DNA of 64,000 nt from IMG/VR virus record IMGVR_UViG_3300020182_000007; one strand, given 5' to 3'. Of the stretch, positions 17,542-26,581 are shown piece by piece (the first letter of the stretch is position 1; every line of letters starts with the position of its first letter). The notes beneath the pieces were generated by a model. The model did no database searches and was not told the DNA's origin. It was given only the letters and a program-made list of their open reading frames with translations. A program made the translations under genes and the position numbers. The stretch comes from a virus.

Positions 17542-17760
17542 TTAAAATAGTGAACTTCCTTTTTTACCCTTTACAAAGGTACTTGTCTTTAATTTCTTTT
17601 TAAACTTAGCCTTTCCTACTTCAAGTTCAGGAGCCTCTAAGTTATAATCATTAGCCTCAAAGCCTACCAGCAGCTTTAGTCCTTTAAACCTATCTCTGTC
17701 TTTGTAAAAGTCGTCTAAATCTTTTTCCACGGTTGCTGTTATATCTTCTAAATGTACCAT
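17542..17760 (-). CDS. hypothetical protein (72 aa)
   Basis: Tiles between primase and uvsY. Confidence 0.65.
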   Translation of the reverse strand: MVHLEDITATVEKDLDDFYKDRDRFKGLKLLVGFEANDYNLEAPELEVGKAKFKKKLKTSTFVKGKKGSSLF

Positions 17761-18824
17761 AGATCTAATTTGCTTGTAGTAAAATATTGGTCCATTTTGG
17801 CAAGAGCTGGATTTTTAAGCTCAAAACATTTGACTACTAACTCATTTAAATCTTTGATATGATATGTATCTAATTTATTTTCTTTTAAAAATTTAGACCA
17901 CATAAATACAGGACGACCTTTCTTAAGTTTTTGTATCATTTTGTTTATTCCAGTATCATCATTATCAAACAAGTACCGTACCGTTGCCATCTCATCAAAC
18001 TCTTCAGTGTTTCTTCCAGCAGTTGCGAGAGCAACCGAGTTAACCATAAACTTGGCATCAATAGGGCCTTCAAATAGGGTAACATTTCTTTGAAAGTTTA
18101 CTTGCATTATACCAAATAGCGTTGATATCTTAGTTATTTTTTCTAGATCTTCTTGTGAAAGTTCTAATTTTTTACCAAGTTCTTCGTATAGTTTAGGTAA
18201 ATCATATGTTAGGTATCTTGCTCCTTTTCCTTTCATACGACGACTTTGCGCAGATATAATCTTACCATCGTTTGTAAAGTTTAGAATCCAAAGTCTATTG
18301 TCTCTTGGGCTAAATAAGAATTCATCACTCTTTTTATGTAGTAATCTTCCTTTTAAATATAGCCAAATCCAATCTCCAGGTTCTATTTTATGAGCGCCAA
18401 ATCCTTTTTTAAATTCATCAACTTCAATTGCTAAATCGCTCACGCTTTGAAATACGGAGTGTTTTAGTGTATCAGCCTGTGTTGTAACTGATCTATTGTG
18501 TTTTATATAATCAATTATTGTAAATGAATCTTCTGAACTGGGAAGTCTAACCTCGTGATCTTTGAGAAGGTTTCTAATGTCTGTGTGATGTCCGCAATTA
18601 TAACAGTGGTATTGTAGAGTGTCCCAATACATGTTACCCCTCTTTTTTGTTTCATCGGTATAAGAATCACCACAGTAGGGGCATGCCATAGTAATCCTAC
18701 CATGCATGTCTTGTAGCATCTGCTTATTATGATTAGAATGCGCTGAAAGACATACATCCTTCAGCGCTTTCATAATCTTAAGTCTTAACTCTTCTGTTAA
18801 TTGTATCTTAGATGTCGAGGTCAT
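17748..18824 (-). CDS. DNA primase (gp61-like)
   Basis: Zn ribbon CPYCGD...HCYNCG; TOPRIM LFEGPIDA and FDNDDTG; KDLNE. Confidence 0.9.
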   Translation of the reverse strand: MTSTSKIQLTEELRLKIMKALKDVCLSAHSNHNKQMLQDMHGRITMACPYCGDSYTDETKKRGNMYWDTLQYHCYNCGHHTDIRNLLKDHEVRLPSSEDSFTIIDYIKHNRSVTTQADTLKHSVFQSVSDLAIEVDEFKKGFGAHKIEPGDWIWLYLKGRLLHKKSDEFLFSPRDNRLWILNFTNDGKIISAQSRRMKGKGARYLTYDLPKLYEELGKKLELSQEDLEKITKISTLFGIMQVNFQRNVTLFEGPIDAKFMVNSVALATAGRNTEEFDEMATVRYLFDNDDTGINKMIQKLKKGRPVFMWSKFLKENKLDTYHIKDLNELVVKCFELKNPALAKMDQYFTTSKLDLWYI

Positions 18825-19719
18825 TCAAGAAAGAGTCTAGATCATCATCCGTGTTTACACTAGGCGTTGATTCATTGGTTCCAGCTGCTTCTGCAACTTT
18901 TTCCTTTTTAGGTTCTGCTTTCTTTTCTGTATTTGTTCTTGAAGGCATAGCTACCTCAGAGATTGCATCTCCTGGGTTTAAATACATCTTCAATATGTTA
19001 TTTACAAACTCTCTAGTTTCTCCATCCCATGCCTTATAATCATAAGATGCTAGAGAAGGTGCTTCATCTAATTCGGCCTTTATAGCAACCATGGTTTCTT
19101 TGCTTCTTTCTGCAGGTTCTCCATCTAATACGATAGCTGAACGAGAAGAAGAGAATTTAGATTTATCATAGTTATTATAGTCTCCTTGTCGAGTAATAAT
19201 TAACTCGAAGTTTTTACCTTCAAAAAGGTCAAACACTTGAGTTGGCTCACCAAAATCTGGTTTTAACTCAGCATCAATCTTTTCTTTAATTTTGTAACCG
19301 AATTTAAATACTTTATAAGTACCATCTAGATCTGGGTTTTGTGGATCTTTGATAATCTTAATTAATGCATAATACTGTTGGCGACGCTTTAGTTTTTCAG
19401 AAGCCTTTCTATCAACTGCTGAATCACTATTACGAAGTTTCCAAAATACATCTGCAATAGGGCATTTTTCACCGATTGAAGATGGTGAATCTACCAATTT
19501 ACCGTTACCGTTCGAATCTGTTAACCAGTGAACGTATTTTTGAATAAGAGAATTTCTTGGATTCTCAGAATTTGGAACGAAGCGTATTAATGCTTTATAA
19601 GTTCCGTCTTTTCCATCATCTGCTGTTGGTTTGTAAACTACTGTTGCTGATGAGTTTGCTTGGGGCTGATGCGTCTCTACGTCTTCTACTCCCAGGTTAA
19701 AAATGTCAAAATCTGCCAT
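18808..19719 (-). CDS. ssb: single-stranded DNA-binding protein (gp32-like)
   Basis: ALIRFVP, KCPIAD, YKVFKFGYKI, FDLFEGKNF, NYDKSKF and acidic tail DDDLDSFLNDLDI. Confidence 0.9.
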   Translation of the reverse strand: MADFDIFNLGVEDVETHQPQANSSATVVYKPTADDGKDGTYKALIRFVPNSENPRNSLIQKYVHWLTDSNGNGKLVDSPSSIGEKCPIADVFWKLRNSDSAVDRKASEKLKRRQQYYALIKIIKDPQNPDLDGTYKVFKFGYKIKEKIDAELKPDFGEPTQVFDLFEGKNFELIITRQGDYNNYDKSKFSSSRSAIVLDGEPAERSKETMVAIKAELDEAPSLASYDYKAWDGETREFVNNILKMYLNPGDAISEVAMPSRTNTEKKAEPKKEKVAEAAGTNESTPSVNTDDDLDSFLNDLDI

Positions 19720-19768
19720 GTCTTTAATTTCCTTTAATTTGTTAAACTTTAAATGTTAATTGTTATTA

Positions 19769-19795
19769 TTATATAAGTATAAATGGTTTTGTTTC
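19769..19795 (-). promoter_or_regulatory. putative promoter GAAAC-N16-ATATAA (ssb proximal)
   Basis: Minus strand TGAAACAAAACCATTTATACTTATATAAT. Confidence 0.7.
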
Positions 19796-19924
19796 AAAAG
19801 TTAGTCCTACTGTAAAGATCTCTATTAGTGTTAATGCCTACGCGGCTTGCGATGCCATATCAATGGCCTTTTTTGTTATTAAATAGAGTCCGTAGATTAA
19901 AGAATATCTTCAAAACCATACATA

Positions 19925-19951
19925 TTATATATCTACTTATTAGTATGTTTC
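19925..19951 (-). promoter_or_regulatory. putative promoter GAAAC-N16-ATATAA (ssb distal)
   Basis: Minus strand TGAAACATACTAATAAGTAGATATATAAT; also contains GATATATA. Confidence 0.65.
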
Positions 19952-19983
19952 ACTAATATTTTACATATTTTTTTATTCATTTT

Positions 19984-20011
19984 GAAACAAAAGGAGAAAC
20001 GATGCATATAA
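19984..20011 (+). promoter_or_regulatory. putative plus-strand promoter GAAAC-N17-ATATAA
   Basis: TGAAACAAAAGGAGAAACGATGCATATAACTTTA; the only copy seen on the non-coding strand. Confidence 0.55.
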
Positions 20012-20108
20012 CTTTAGGTTTCCAAAGGAGAGATAAGGTTACAAGGTTTGGGGTTGGTCTTTAGGGCTAGAAATCATAGCTGCTAGGAAGAATGCGTCTA
20101 CTATATAT

Positions 20109-20753
20109 CTATGAAATACCTTCTTTTAATAAAGTAACAAGATAAAAAGAATCCACTAAATCATCAAGTGGCTTAGGAATCTTAGTTATATCCGGACCTA
20201 GCTCTGAATTACAATAAGAAATTAGTGCAGATTTTTTACAATATGTATTACTTAAGAAAAACGGCCAAATGTCAGATTTACTCATATTACCTTTATTAAT
20301 AAACTTTTTAATAGAGGTAGGAGCTATAGTTTGAAGATCTTCGGGTTTAAGAGTTTTTAAGAGCTTGAGTTTAAGAATAGCAGCTCCTGCTGCCATATCA
20401 ATCATATTATTAGTACCCATCTTTGAACCATAACTAGTACCTTCAAATGCAACAGTAAAAGAGTCTCCAGTAAAAGAATTCTGGAGAACTAAATTAATAA
20501 TATCGTCAGCCATTTTATCGTACCTCTTAATCTTTAAGAGTTCAGCACTAGAATATGATTCATCGTTGCTAAAATCTGGTTGATAAATTAAAGTAACGTC
20601 CTTAAGAAGAGATATTTCTTCTTGTAGTTTGCGCTCTTTTTTAGTTCCAGTACCTGGTTTAATATATGCTATAAAATGATATGTTTTACTTTTATCATTA
20701 TATAAACATACCCCTGGAGAATTAAGAGAAAAGTCTACTGCTAAAAAATTCAT
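20109..20753 (-). CDS. RuvC-like Holliday junction resolvase/nuclease
   Basis: LAVDFSLNSPG, VAFEGTSYG, APTSIKK and DDLVDSF carry the RNase H-fold acidic residues. Confidence 0.8.
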   Translation of the reverse strand: MNFLAVDFSLNSPGVCLYNDKSKTYHFIAYIKPGTGTKKERKLQEEISLLKDVTLIYQPDFSNDESYSSAELLKIKRYDKMADDIINLVLQNSFTGDSFTVAFEGTSYGSKMGTNNMIDMAAGAAILKLKLLKTLKPEDLQTIAPTSIKKFINKGNMSKSDIWPFFLSNTYCKKSALISYCNSELGPDITKIPKPLDDLVDSFYLVTLLKEGIS

Positions 20754-21131
20754 TTATCTACCTTTACCTAGAGAAGCACCTAATGCAGCACCTACAAGTC
20801 TAGAAGTTAATAAATCGTAGAATATTCCTTTTTCAATTCCTAAAACTTTGGCAATCATTTTACCAACTGATTTACCGAGAGCAAATCCAGCAAGTCCTCC
20901 AAAAATAGAACCTAAAATACCTTCGTTAGTTAACTCATTATTAAATTTATTAACGTCAAGCTTACCGTCTTCATCAGAGTATTCATTAACGAATTCATTA
21001 ATAGCTGCATCTACTTTAGCTTCTAATTCAGGAGTCCACTCTTCTTGTAGACCTTCGGTTAAAATTAATAAATCAGCATCAGTTATTTGCTGTTCTACTA
21101 AGTATTCTTTAAATGTTTTAATATCTTTCAT
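20754..21131 (-). CDS. tagged hypothetical protein with glycine-zipper hydrophobic C-terminus
   Basis: MKDIKTFKEYLVE start; GILGSIFGGLAGFALG and LVGAALGASLG segments. Confidence 0.7.
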   Translation of the reverse strand: MKDIKTFKEYLVEQQITDADLLILTEGLQEEWTPELEAKVDAAINEFVNEYSDEDGKLDVNKFNNELTNEGILGSIFGGLAGFALGKSVGKMIAKVLGIEKGIFYDLLTSRLVGAALGASLGKGR

Positions 21132-21143
21132 GATTTATATATT

Positions 21144-21695
21144 TTATTCTATTTCTAGTTTTAATTCTAACTTATTGTAATAGAAAGTAACTTCATATGT
21201 ACTAAAATCAGCAACGTTCTCACTCATATTTAACGTAAGTTCATTAATTGAATTCATTATTGGGCTATTAAACTTTAAATATGCAACACTAGCACCTTCT
21301 GCGTCTAATATTCTAAGGGTTAGATCTTCAGTAAAAGCCTTCTTAGTCGACCTTGCGTAATAATATAATAGAGTGTCTTGCATTATCCAATAATTAATAA
21401 AACCATCAAGTAACTGCATTGTTACCGTAAACTGTCTATCAATTGTATTTTGAATTGGTACAGCACCTCTATGATACCTAGTAGTACCATCGTTATCTGC
21501 TTGAGTAGTTGGATCAAAAGAAATTCCAGGTATATTTATACCCTGTACCGAATAATTAACAAAATCTATAGGTTCGGCCATTAAGTTGCCTGGAATCTTA
21601 TTAAGATATTTTCGATACTTATCAGCTACCTCCTCTGGTATAAAGTTTCTAGGAAACCTAAAATCATATAAATTATTTCTACTATTTAATATCAT
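21144..21695 (-). CDS. tail-tube-fold protein (gp3-like tail completion or gp19-like)
   Basis: VQGINIPGISF...FTVTMQLLDGFINY...LRILDAEG...ELTLN...YEVTFYY follows the tube-fold pattern of T4-like gp3/gp19. Confidence 0.55.
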   Translation of the reverse strand: MILNSRNNLYDFRFPRNFIPEEVADKYRKYLNKIPGNLMAEPIDFVNYSVQGINIPGISFDPTTQADNDGTTRYHRGAVPIQNTIDRQFTVTMQLLDGFINYWIMQDTLLYYYARSTKKAFTEDLTLRILDAEGASVAYLKFNSPIMNSINELTLNMSENVADFSTYEVTFYYNKLELKLEIE

Positions 21696-21711
21696 CTATT
21701 ATTATTTATAA

Positions 21712-23823
21712 TTATGAACCAAATTTATCGTAGAAACTACCACTAATAATCATAGTCTCTTCGCTACCGTTGTCGATAGCTATATAGAACACCTTATCCG
21801 ACATTCCTAAAATTTCGCTTATATTTCCTTTATCTATTTTAAATAAAACCTCTCCAGATCCCATAAATACGTCTTTATTAGGAATGTGATTAAACTTTTT
21901 TCTGACATCTCCGCTAATAAAGTTAAGGCTAAGGTTTTCAGAAGAACTAAAGTCCATTAAGCTTACCGCATCTCCTTCTAATTTTCCTATTTTAAATTTG
22001 TAGTAATTAGTAAATGGAGAAACATTAATTGTCAATTCGCGTTCGCTTACAAATTGAGAAGGATCAGTCTCAGATACCTCATCTAGGTTATCAGTAGTAC
22101 TTGTTGCTGCGAATGTAATTGGCGTAAACCCTGCAACTACGTTATGTCTCTCAATAAATGTAGAAACGTATTTTGTTGCTCTTGGTACAGATGCAGCAAT
22201 AACATCTCTAACGCTTCTGTTTTGTGAAAGATTAGGTAGTGTATTGAATACTTCAGTTACTGTATTATTTCCAGATATGTTTACTGATTGTATTCTATTG
22301 CCGTATTTTACAGCATTATTATATGTTAAACTAGCTCTTTTTACGATTTGAGTATTATCAGTCTCATTATAAATCCTCATAACAACATCTATTGAGAAGT
22401 TTACTGCAACATTACTATTTATAACAACTGGTCTATAAATAATAGGAGTATCAAAATCTTCAGATTGAGTAAACGTCGTATCGTAAGTCTTAATTTGATT
22501 AAGACCAACTTGCTCATATTGAGTAACATCATACATTACAATAATATCATCAGAAGATGTGTTAATTCTGTTTAGTATATATGACTCAAACGCGCTTGCC
22601 TCTCCGTCTCTTTCCCCATAAATATTAAAATAATCCCCAATGCTTGATTCTTCAATAACTGCGGTAAAATCTTGGAATTCGTCTTCTCTTGAAACCGTAA
22701 AAGAATTCTCTTCTCCTAAATGAATGTAATCATAGCCAGATTCGGTAGAAATTCTATCAATTAAACTAAACTTAATACCGTAGTTTGTAGTATCGCTTAT
22801 ATCAGAAGAACCAGGCGTGTTGTCACCATAGAAAAAATCATTAAATTCAGGATTTTGATTACCAAGAACTGTAGGAACTTTAATCTCAATAAACTTAGCA
22901 AATAAAGTTTCTCCTAGAATAAATGGATTAGGATTAGAAATTTCATAGTTCGACTGGTTTAAGTAAACAAGCTGCGTTAAATTGTTCTGTATTCCGGTTT
23001 CTCTATCCGCTAAAACTTGGAATAGAAATCCTTCATATCCTCTACTAGCAAAATTATACCCACTTCTTAAATGCAGCCTAATAGAATCATATCTAATAAA
23101 GTTAATATCTGCTGTAGCCAGACTCTGTGATGTTAATAGATTAGCCTCATTTCCACCGGACCATCCAGCATTATTGTTAATATAATTAAACACTTGATAC
23201 TCTCCGGTAGAATCATATCCTAAAAGCGCCCATTTTGTACTATCTCCAGATACCTGCACCGCATGGAATCTACCAATACCTTGGTTAATATCATTTCCAG
23301 TGTTTTCATCTGGATTAGCAAACAAAGGGTTTGCTTTTTCTGAAACATTAACAACCCCTCCCTTTAAAGAAATTGTGTTACTATCATAATAATATTCTAC
23401 GCTTCCTGTAGAACTTGGCTTGTATGTTAGAATAGTATTACCTCCAATTACTGAATATGAACTAGTACCTAATGTTCCGGTAATTTTAAAATCAGAACCT
23501 ATAGGAAGGGTACTTCCTGTCCCGTCTCCTATATTAAATTTGTAGGTTTTACCAACCTGCAGTAATAGTTTTCTTGCTGCAAAATTTTCAATTGCAATAT
23601 ATCCAGCAGAATAGGTAACATCAAAATTTACTACATCTCCTCCTAATTCTGAAATTAAATGTCTTTTTACAAAAGCGTTACCGTCAACCGTGTCAAGTAC
23701 TTTGATTTCGCTCCCGTTGTCGTCAACCTCAATATCGTAATTATTGGGGTTTGTTTGATCGTGGTAGATGAACTCTAAAAGTACATCATTATCAATCCTA
23801 AAGTATGTCGATGACTGTGCCAT
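21712..23823 (-). CDS. virion structural protein (703 aa)
   Basis: Beta-rich, acidic, lies within the structural operon. Confidence 0.55.
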   Translation of the reverse strand: MAQSSTYFRIDNDVLLEFIYHDQTNPNNYDIEVDDNGSEIKVLDTVDGNAFVKRHLISELGGDVVNFDVTYSAGYIAIENFAARKLLLQVGKTYKFNIGDGTGSTLPIGSDFKITGTLGTSSYSVIGGNTILTYKPSSTGSVEYYYDSNTISLKGGVVNVSEKANPLFANPDENTGNDINQGIGRFHAVQVSGDSTKWALLGYDSTGEYQVFNYINNNAGWSGGNEANLLTSQSLATADINFIRYDSIRLHLRSGYNFASRGYEGFLFQVLADRETGIQNNLTQLVYLNQSNYEISNPNPFILGETLFAKFIEIKVPTVLGNQNPEFNDFFYGDNTPGSSDISDTTNYGIKFSLIDRISTESGYDYIHLGEENSFTVSREDEFQDFTAVIEESSIGDYFNIYGERDGEASAFESYILNRINTSSDDIIVMYDVTQYEQVGLNQIKTYDTTFTQSEDFDTPIIYRPVVINSNVAVNFSIDVVMRIYNETDNTQIVKRASLTYNNAVKYGNRIQSVNISGNNTVTEVFNTLPNLSQNRSVRDVIAASVPRATKYVSTFIERHNVVAGFTPITFAATSTTDNLDEVSETDPSQFVSERELTINVSPFTNYYKFKIGKLEGDAVSLMDFSSSENLSLNFISGDVRKKFNHIPNKDVFMGSGEVLFKIDKGNISEILGMSDKVFYIAIDNGSEETMIISGSFYDKFGS

Positions 23824-23837
23824 TAATTATTTTTATT

Positions 23838-24644
23838 TTAAAATCTCAACCATTTTGGAGAATAGAATAAACCTATACCGATCGAAGGACCTGTACTAAT
23901 CACTTGATTGTTATTTAAATTTATTCCATATCCAATTCCTACACCTATCGACCATCCAGCCTTCTTCTTGTATTCTTGGTTTAACTTATTATTTATCAAG
24001 TTTATATTTTCAATGTCCGTGATTATTAATCCTGGATATTTAGTAGATATTTTAAGTTGATTTGATCCATTTACCTCCTCAACGGCAGCCATTAACTTCA
24101 TAGTTTGCGTTAAATTAATAATAGGGTCTCCATATTTGTAGAAGCTATCATTTTTTACAATGCTAATTTCACCGTTAATAGATCTAGTATTACCGTTACC
24201 AAAATCATCAATCTTCTCAAATGTTAGTTTACTATTTAAGCTATCTATTTTAACTATTGAAACATTTGCAATAATAGAATCTTTAAGTACTATATCAGCC
24301 GAGAGCAGAGAATTTACACGATTTAAGTCTTTATTAAGATTAAGAGACTTTTTGTATTTGTTTACCAAAATCCTTTGATCTTCCTTAAAATTGCTAATAT
24401 CAAATTCATAACTTCTAATTGATGAAATTAAGCTTCCATTATCAGCGATAGTAGTTCTAATACTGTCTTTTGTTGCTAGATAGTTATTAAAGTTTCTATC
24501 AGAATCTTGCCTAGTAACTTTTAGATCATTTTTTAACTGCGAGTTCTTATTACATTGTTGTAAAAAAAGAAGCATCATTAGCGCACCAACTATAAATGTT
24601 ATAGTTGTTCTATTCATCGTACTAAGTATTTTTAAAATTTTCAT
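23838..24644 (-). CDS. membrane-anchored coiled-coil protein, spanin-like
   Basis: N-terminal hydrophobic helix (ITFIVGALMMLLFL), coiled-coil, C-terminal alternating Gly/hydrophobic strands ending in F. Confidence 0.5.
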   Translation of the reverse strand: MKILKILSTMNRTTITFIVGALMMLLFLQQCNKNSQLKNDLKVTRQDSDRNFNNYLATKDSIRTTIADNGSLISSIRSYEFDISNFKEDQRILVNKYKKSLNLNKDLNRVNSLLSADIVLKDSIIANVSIVKIDSLNSKLTFEKIDDFGNGNTRSINGEISIVKNDSFYKYGDPIINLTQTMKLMAAVEEVNGSNQLKISTKYPGLIITDIENINLINNKLNQEYKKKAGWSIGVGIGYGINLNNNQVISTGPSIGIGLFYSPKWLRF

Positions 24645-24657
24645 AATCTATATAATT

Positions 24658-26580
24658 TTAAGCCGGTCCATCAAATCCAGGTGCGCCAACAGCTGCCACT
24701 GTGTATGAGTTTCTCCCAGTGTTAATAGTAGATGGCATTGTAAAATTAAACATGAATACAGTGTTGTTATACATGTATAACACCCTTGACGCTTTCACCG
24801 TAGTAATCGTATGGTTAGCTACGTGCGTTGTAGAATTATAAGATGATACTGGCGTGTAATATAGTTTAATATAGTTTTTACCTGGCTCAATTATACCATA
24901 TAATCCAGTCAATCCACTAGTGTTTGCTTGCATAAAGGTGCCACTACTATCAACACCGGTCTTGTCGTATCCAAGAAAGTATGCGCTAACATTTACATGT
25001 ATTGGCTGATCTCCATCATTTTTAAATGGAAACTGCGCTGGATCTGACGTAGTTCCACTTGGTTCTCCAAGACCGATTATTAAATCATTATTCGAATTAG
25101 TAGGTGTAGCAATTCCACTCCAGCTTCCTGATAATTGAAATTTATAGTGTCCATTTACCATAACCTGATTTCCTATTTTGGTCCAAGTTACTTTTGATTC
25201 AGCACTCTTAGTGTATTTAGTGATACCGCTTACAATACTCGGAATCCATGTAATAGCTCCATTAGAGGCCTGTCTTCCGAGAAAGTAAGTACCGGGGTGA
25301 TGCACCGCGCTTGCTGCTTGCTTTGTTTCTGGAAAATATGATTGTTGATAAAAATAATCGTTTAAGTTTCTAAGTGACGTAGACGTGCCGTTGCTTGGTG
25401 AAGAATACGTAATTGTGTTTGCTGGAACGTTAAGGTTACTAGCTGGCTTTAGGCCTCCCGCAGGATATATAATACCTTCATCTCCTCCTAATATGTGTAC
25501 ATTTTTTGTATTCGCTATCTTTAAATCTTGCGTTACATTTACTACAGTTGTATTTAGGTCCATTATAGTTGATCCTCCTACAACGATGTTAACTTTATTA
25601 TCTGCCGCCTCAGCATACGCAGCATTAGCTTGAACTGAAACATACGTAGTCTTTGTATTATTAGAAAGTTTAGTTAGATCTTTCCAAGAAGTACCCTCGT
25701 ACCCTTCAAAAAGACCAGATCCATTATTGTATCTAACCATACCAATTTGAGGTGACACGGGTCTCTGTGCTGTTGTCCCAACAGGTACCTTAATAAACCC
25801 ATTACCTCCAAAGTAAGAATTTGCAGAAGACGTTAAATCTCCAGATATGTTAACGGTACCAGATACCGTTATATTATCACTAAAAGTTACTGCCTTTGTA
25901 AAAGTAGATAATGGGTTAATCGTAATATCTCCTCCATCTAGAAATTCAATTCCATTTGTGTTTAGAATATCAATCTTGTTATACCCTTTAAGCTCTAATA
26001 CATCGGATTCTATAGAAAGTTTAGTACTTGCGTTAACGTTATTTTCGGGCTGTATAAAAAAATGAGTACCTGCATTGTTGTTTCCGTCAAAGTTAGTAGT
26101 ACCCGATCCTCTAATTGTAAGGTTATCATCTCCAATTAACCCGGTCATACCTGCGCCATCAGGCATCCATTTTTGAGAATATGCAAAACCAGTACTATTT
26201 TTAACAGTAAGCTGTGAGTTTGGGTTTAATGCACCGGTGGTTGTTCCCTCTACGTAATCTGTATCTCCTATAAAAACAGCAGTTTCGCTCGATTTTGTAC
26301 CATCCTTTGGTTTAATAACGAATGCATTTCCGTTAGTGTGAGTTTCTCTATCCCAGAAATTAGTAGAAGTACCTGTTGGTCCTGTATCTCCTTTGACTCC
26401 AGGGTCTCCAGTGTCTCCCTTAACTCCAGTAGCTCCAATATTACCAGTGCTTCCTTTTTCACCAGTCGGTCCTTGCTTCCCGCCGTTTGCTTGTACTTGA
26501 TCAAAATTATAATTGATCTTACCCCATTTAATTTGATCTGTATCTCCTGGGTAAAATATTTCTTTAATGTTAATTGGCAT
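24658..26580 (-). CDS. tail fibre protein with collagen-like segment
   Basis: 13 Gly-X-Y triplets; KVPVGTTAQRP...MVRYN...EGY.G..W fibre-type motif; beta-rich C-terminus. Confidence 0.7.
   Translation of the reverse strand: MPINIKEIFYPGDTDQIKWGKINYNFDQVQANGGKQGPTGEKGSTGNIGATGVKGDTGDPGVKGDTGPTGTSTNFWDRETHTNGNAFVIKPKDGTKSSETAVFIGDTDYVEGTTTGALNPNSQLTVKNSTGFAYSQKWMPDGAGMTGLIGDDNLTIRGSGTTNFDGNNNAGTHFFIQPENNVNASTKLSIESDVLELKGYNKIDILNTNGIEFLDGGDITINPLSTFTKAVTFSDNITVSGTVNISGDLTSSANSYFGGNGFIKVPVGTTAQRPVSPQIGMVRYNNGSGLFEGYEGTSWKDLTKLSNNTKTTYVSVQANAAYAEAADNKVNIVVGGSTIMDLNTTVVNVTQDLKIANTKNVHILGGDEGIIYPAGGLKPASNLNVPANTITYSSPSNGTSTSLRNLNDYFYQQSYFPETKQAASAVHHPGTYFLGRQASNGAITWIPSIVSGITKYTKSAESKVTWTKIGNQVMVNGHYKFQLSGSWSGIATPTNSNNDLIIGLGEPSGTTSDPAQFPFKNDGDQPIHVNVSAYFLGYDKTGVDSSGTFMQANTSGLTGLYGIIEPGKNYIKLYYTPVSSYNSTTHVANHTITTVKASRVLYMYNNTVFMFNFTMPSTINTGRNSYTVAAVGAPGFDGPA
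26365..26481 (-). repeat. collagen-like (Gly-X-Y)13 coding repeat
   Basis: GKQGPTGEKGSTGNIGATGVKGDTGDPGVKGDTGPTGTS. Confidence 0.9.
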
Positions 26581-26581
26581 G

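Noticed and set aside
19836-19900. tmRNA-like tag reading frame (...DMASQAA-stop) in the ssb upstream region
   Set aside because: No tRNA-like acceptor or T-arm, no CCA end, and the region is far too short for tmRNA; probably chance.
20002-20064. Plus-strand 20-aa ORF (MHITLGFQRRDKVTRFGVGL) with an AAGGAG 'SD'
   Set aside because: The SD and ATG lie within the spacer of the putative promoter, so they would not be transcribed from it, and the genome does not appear to use SD sites.
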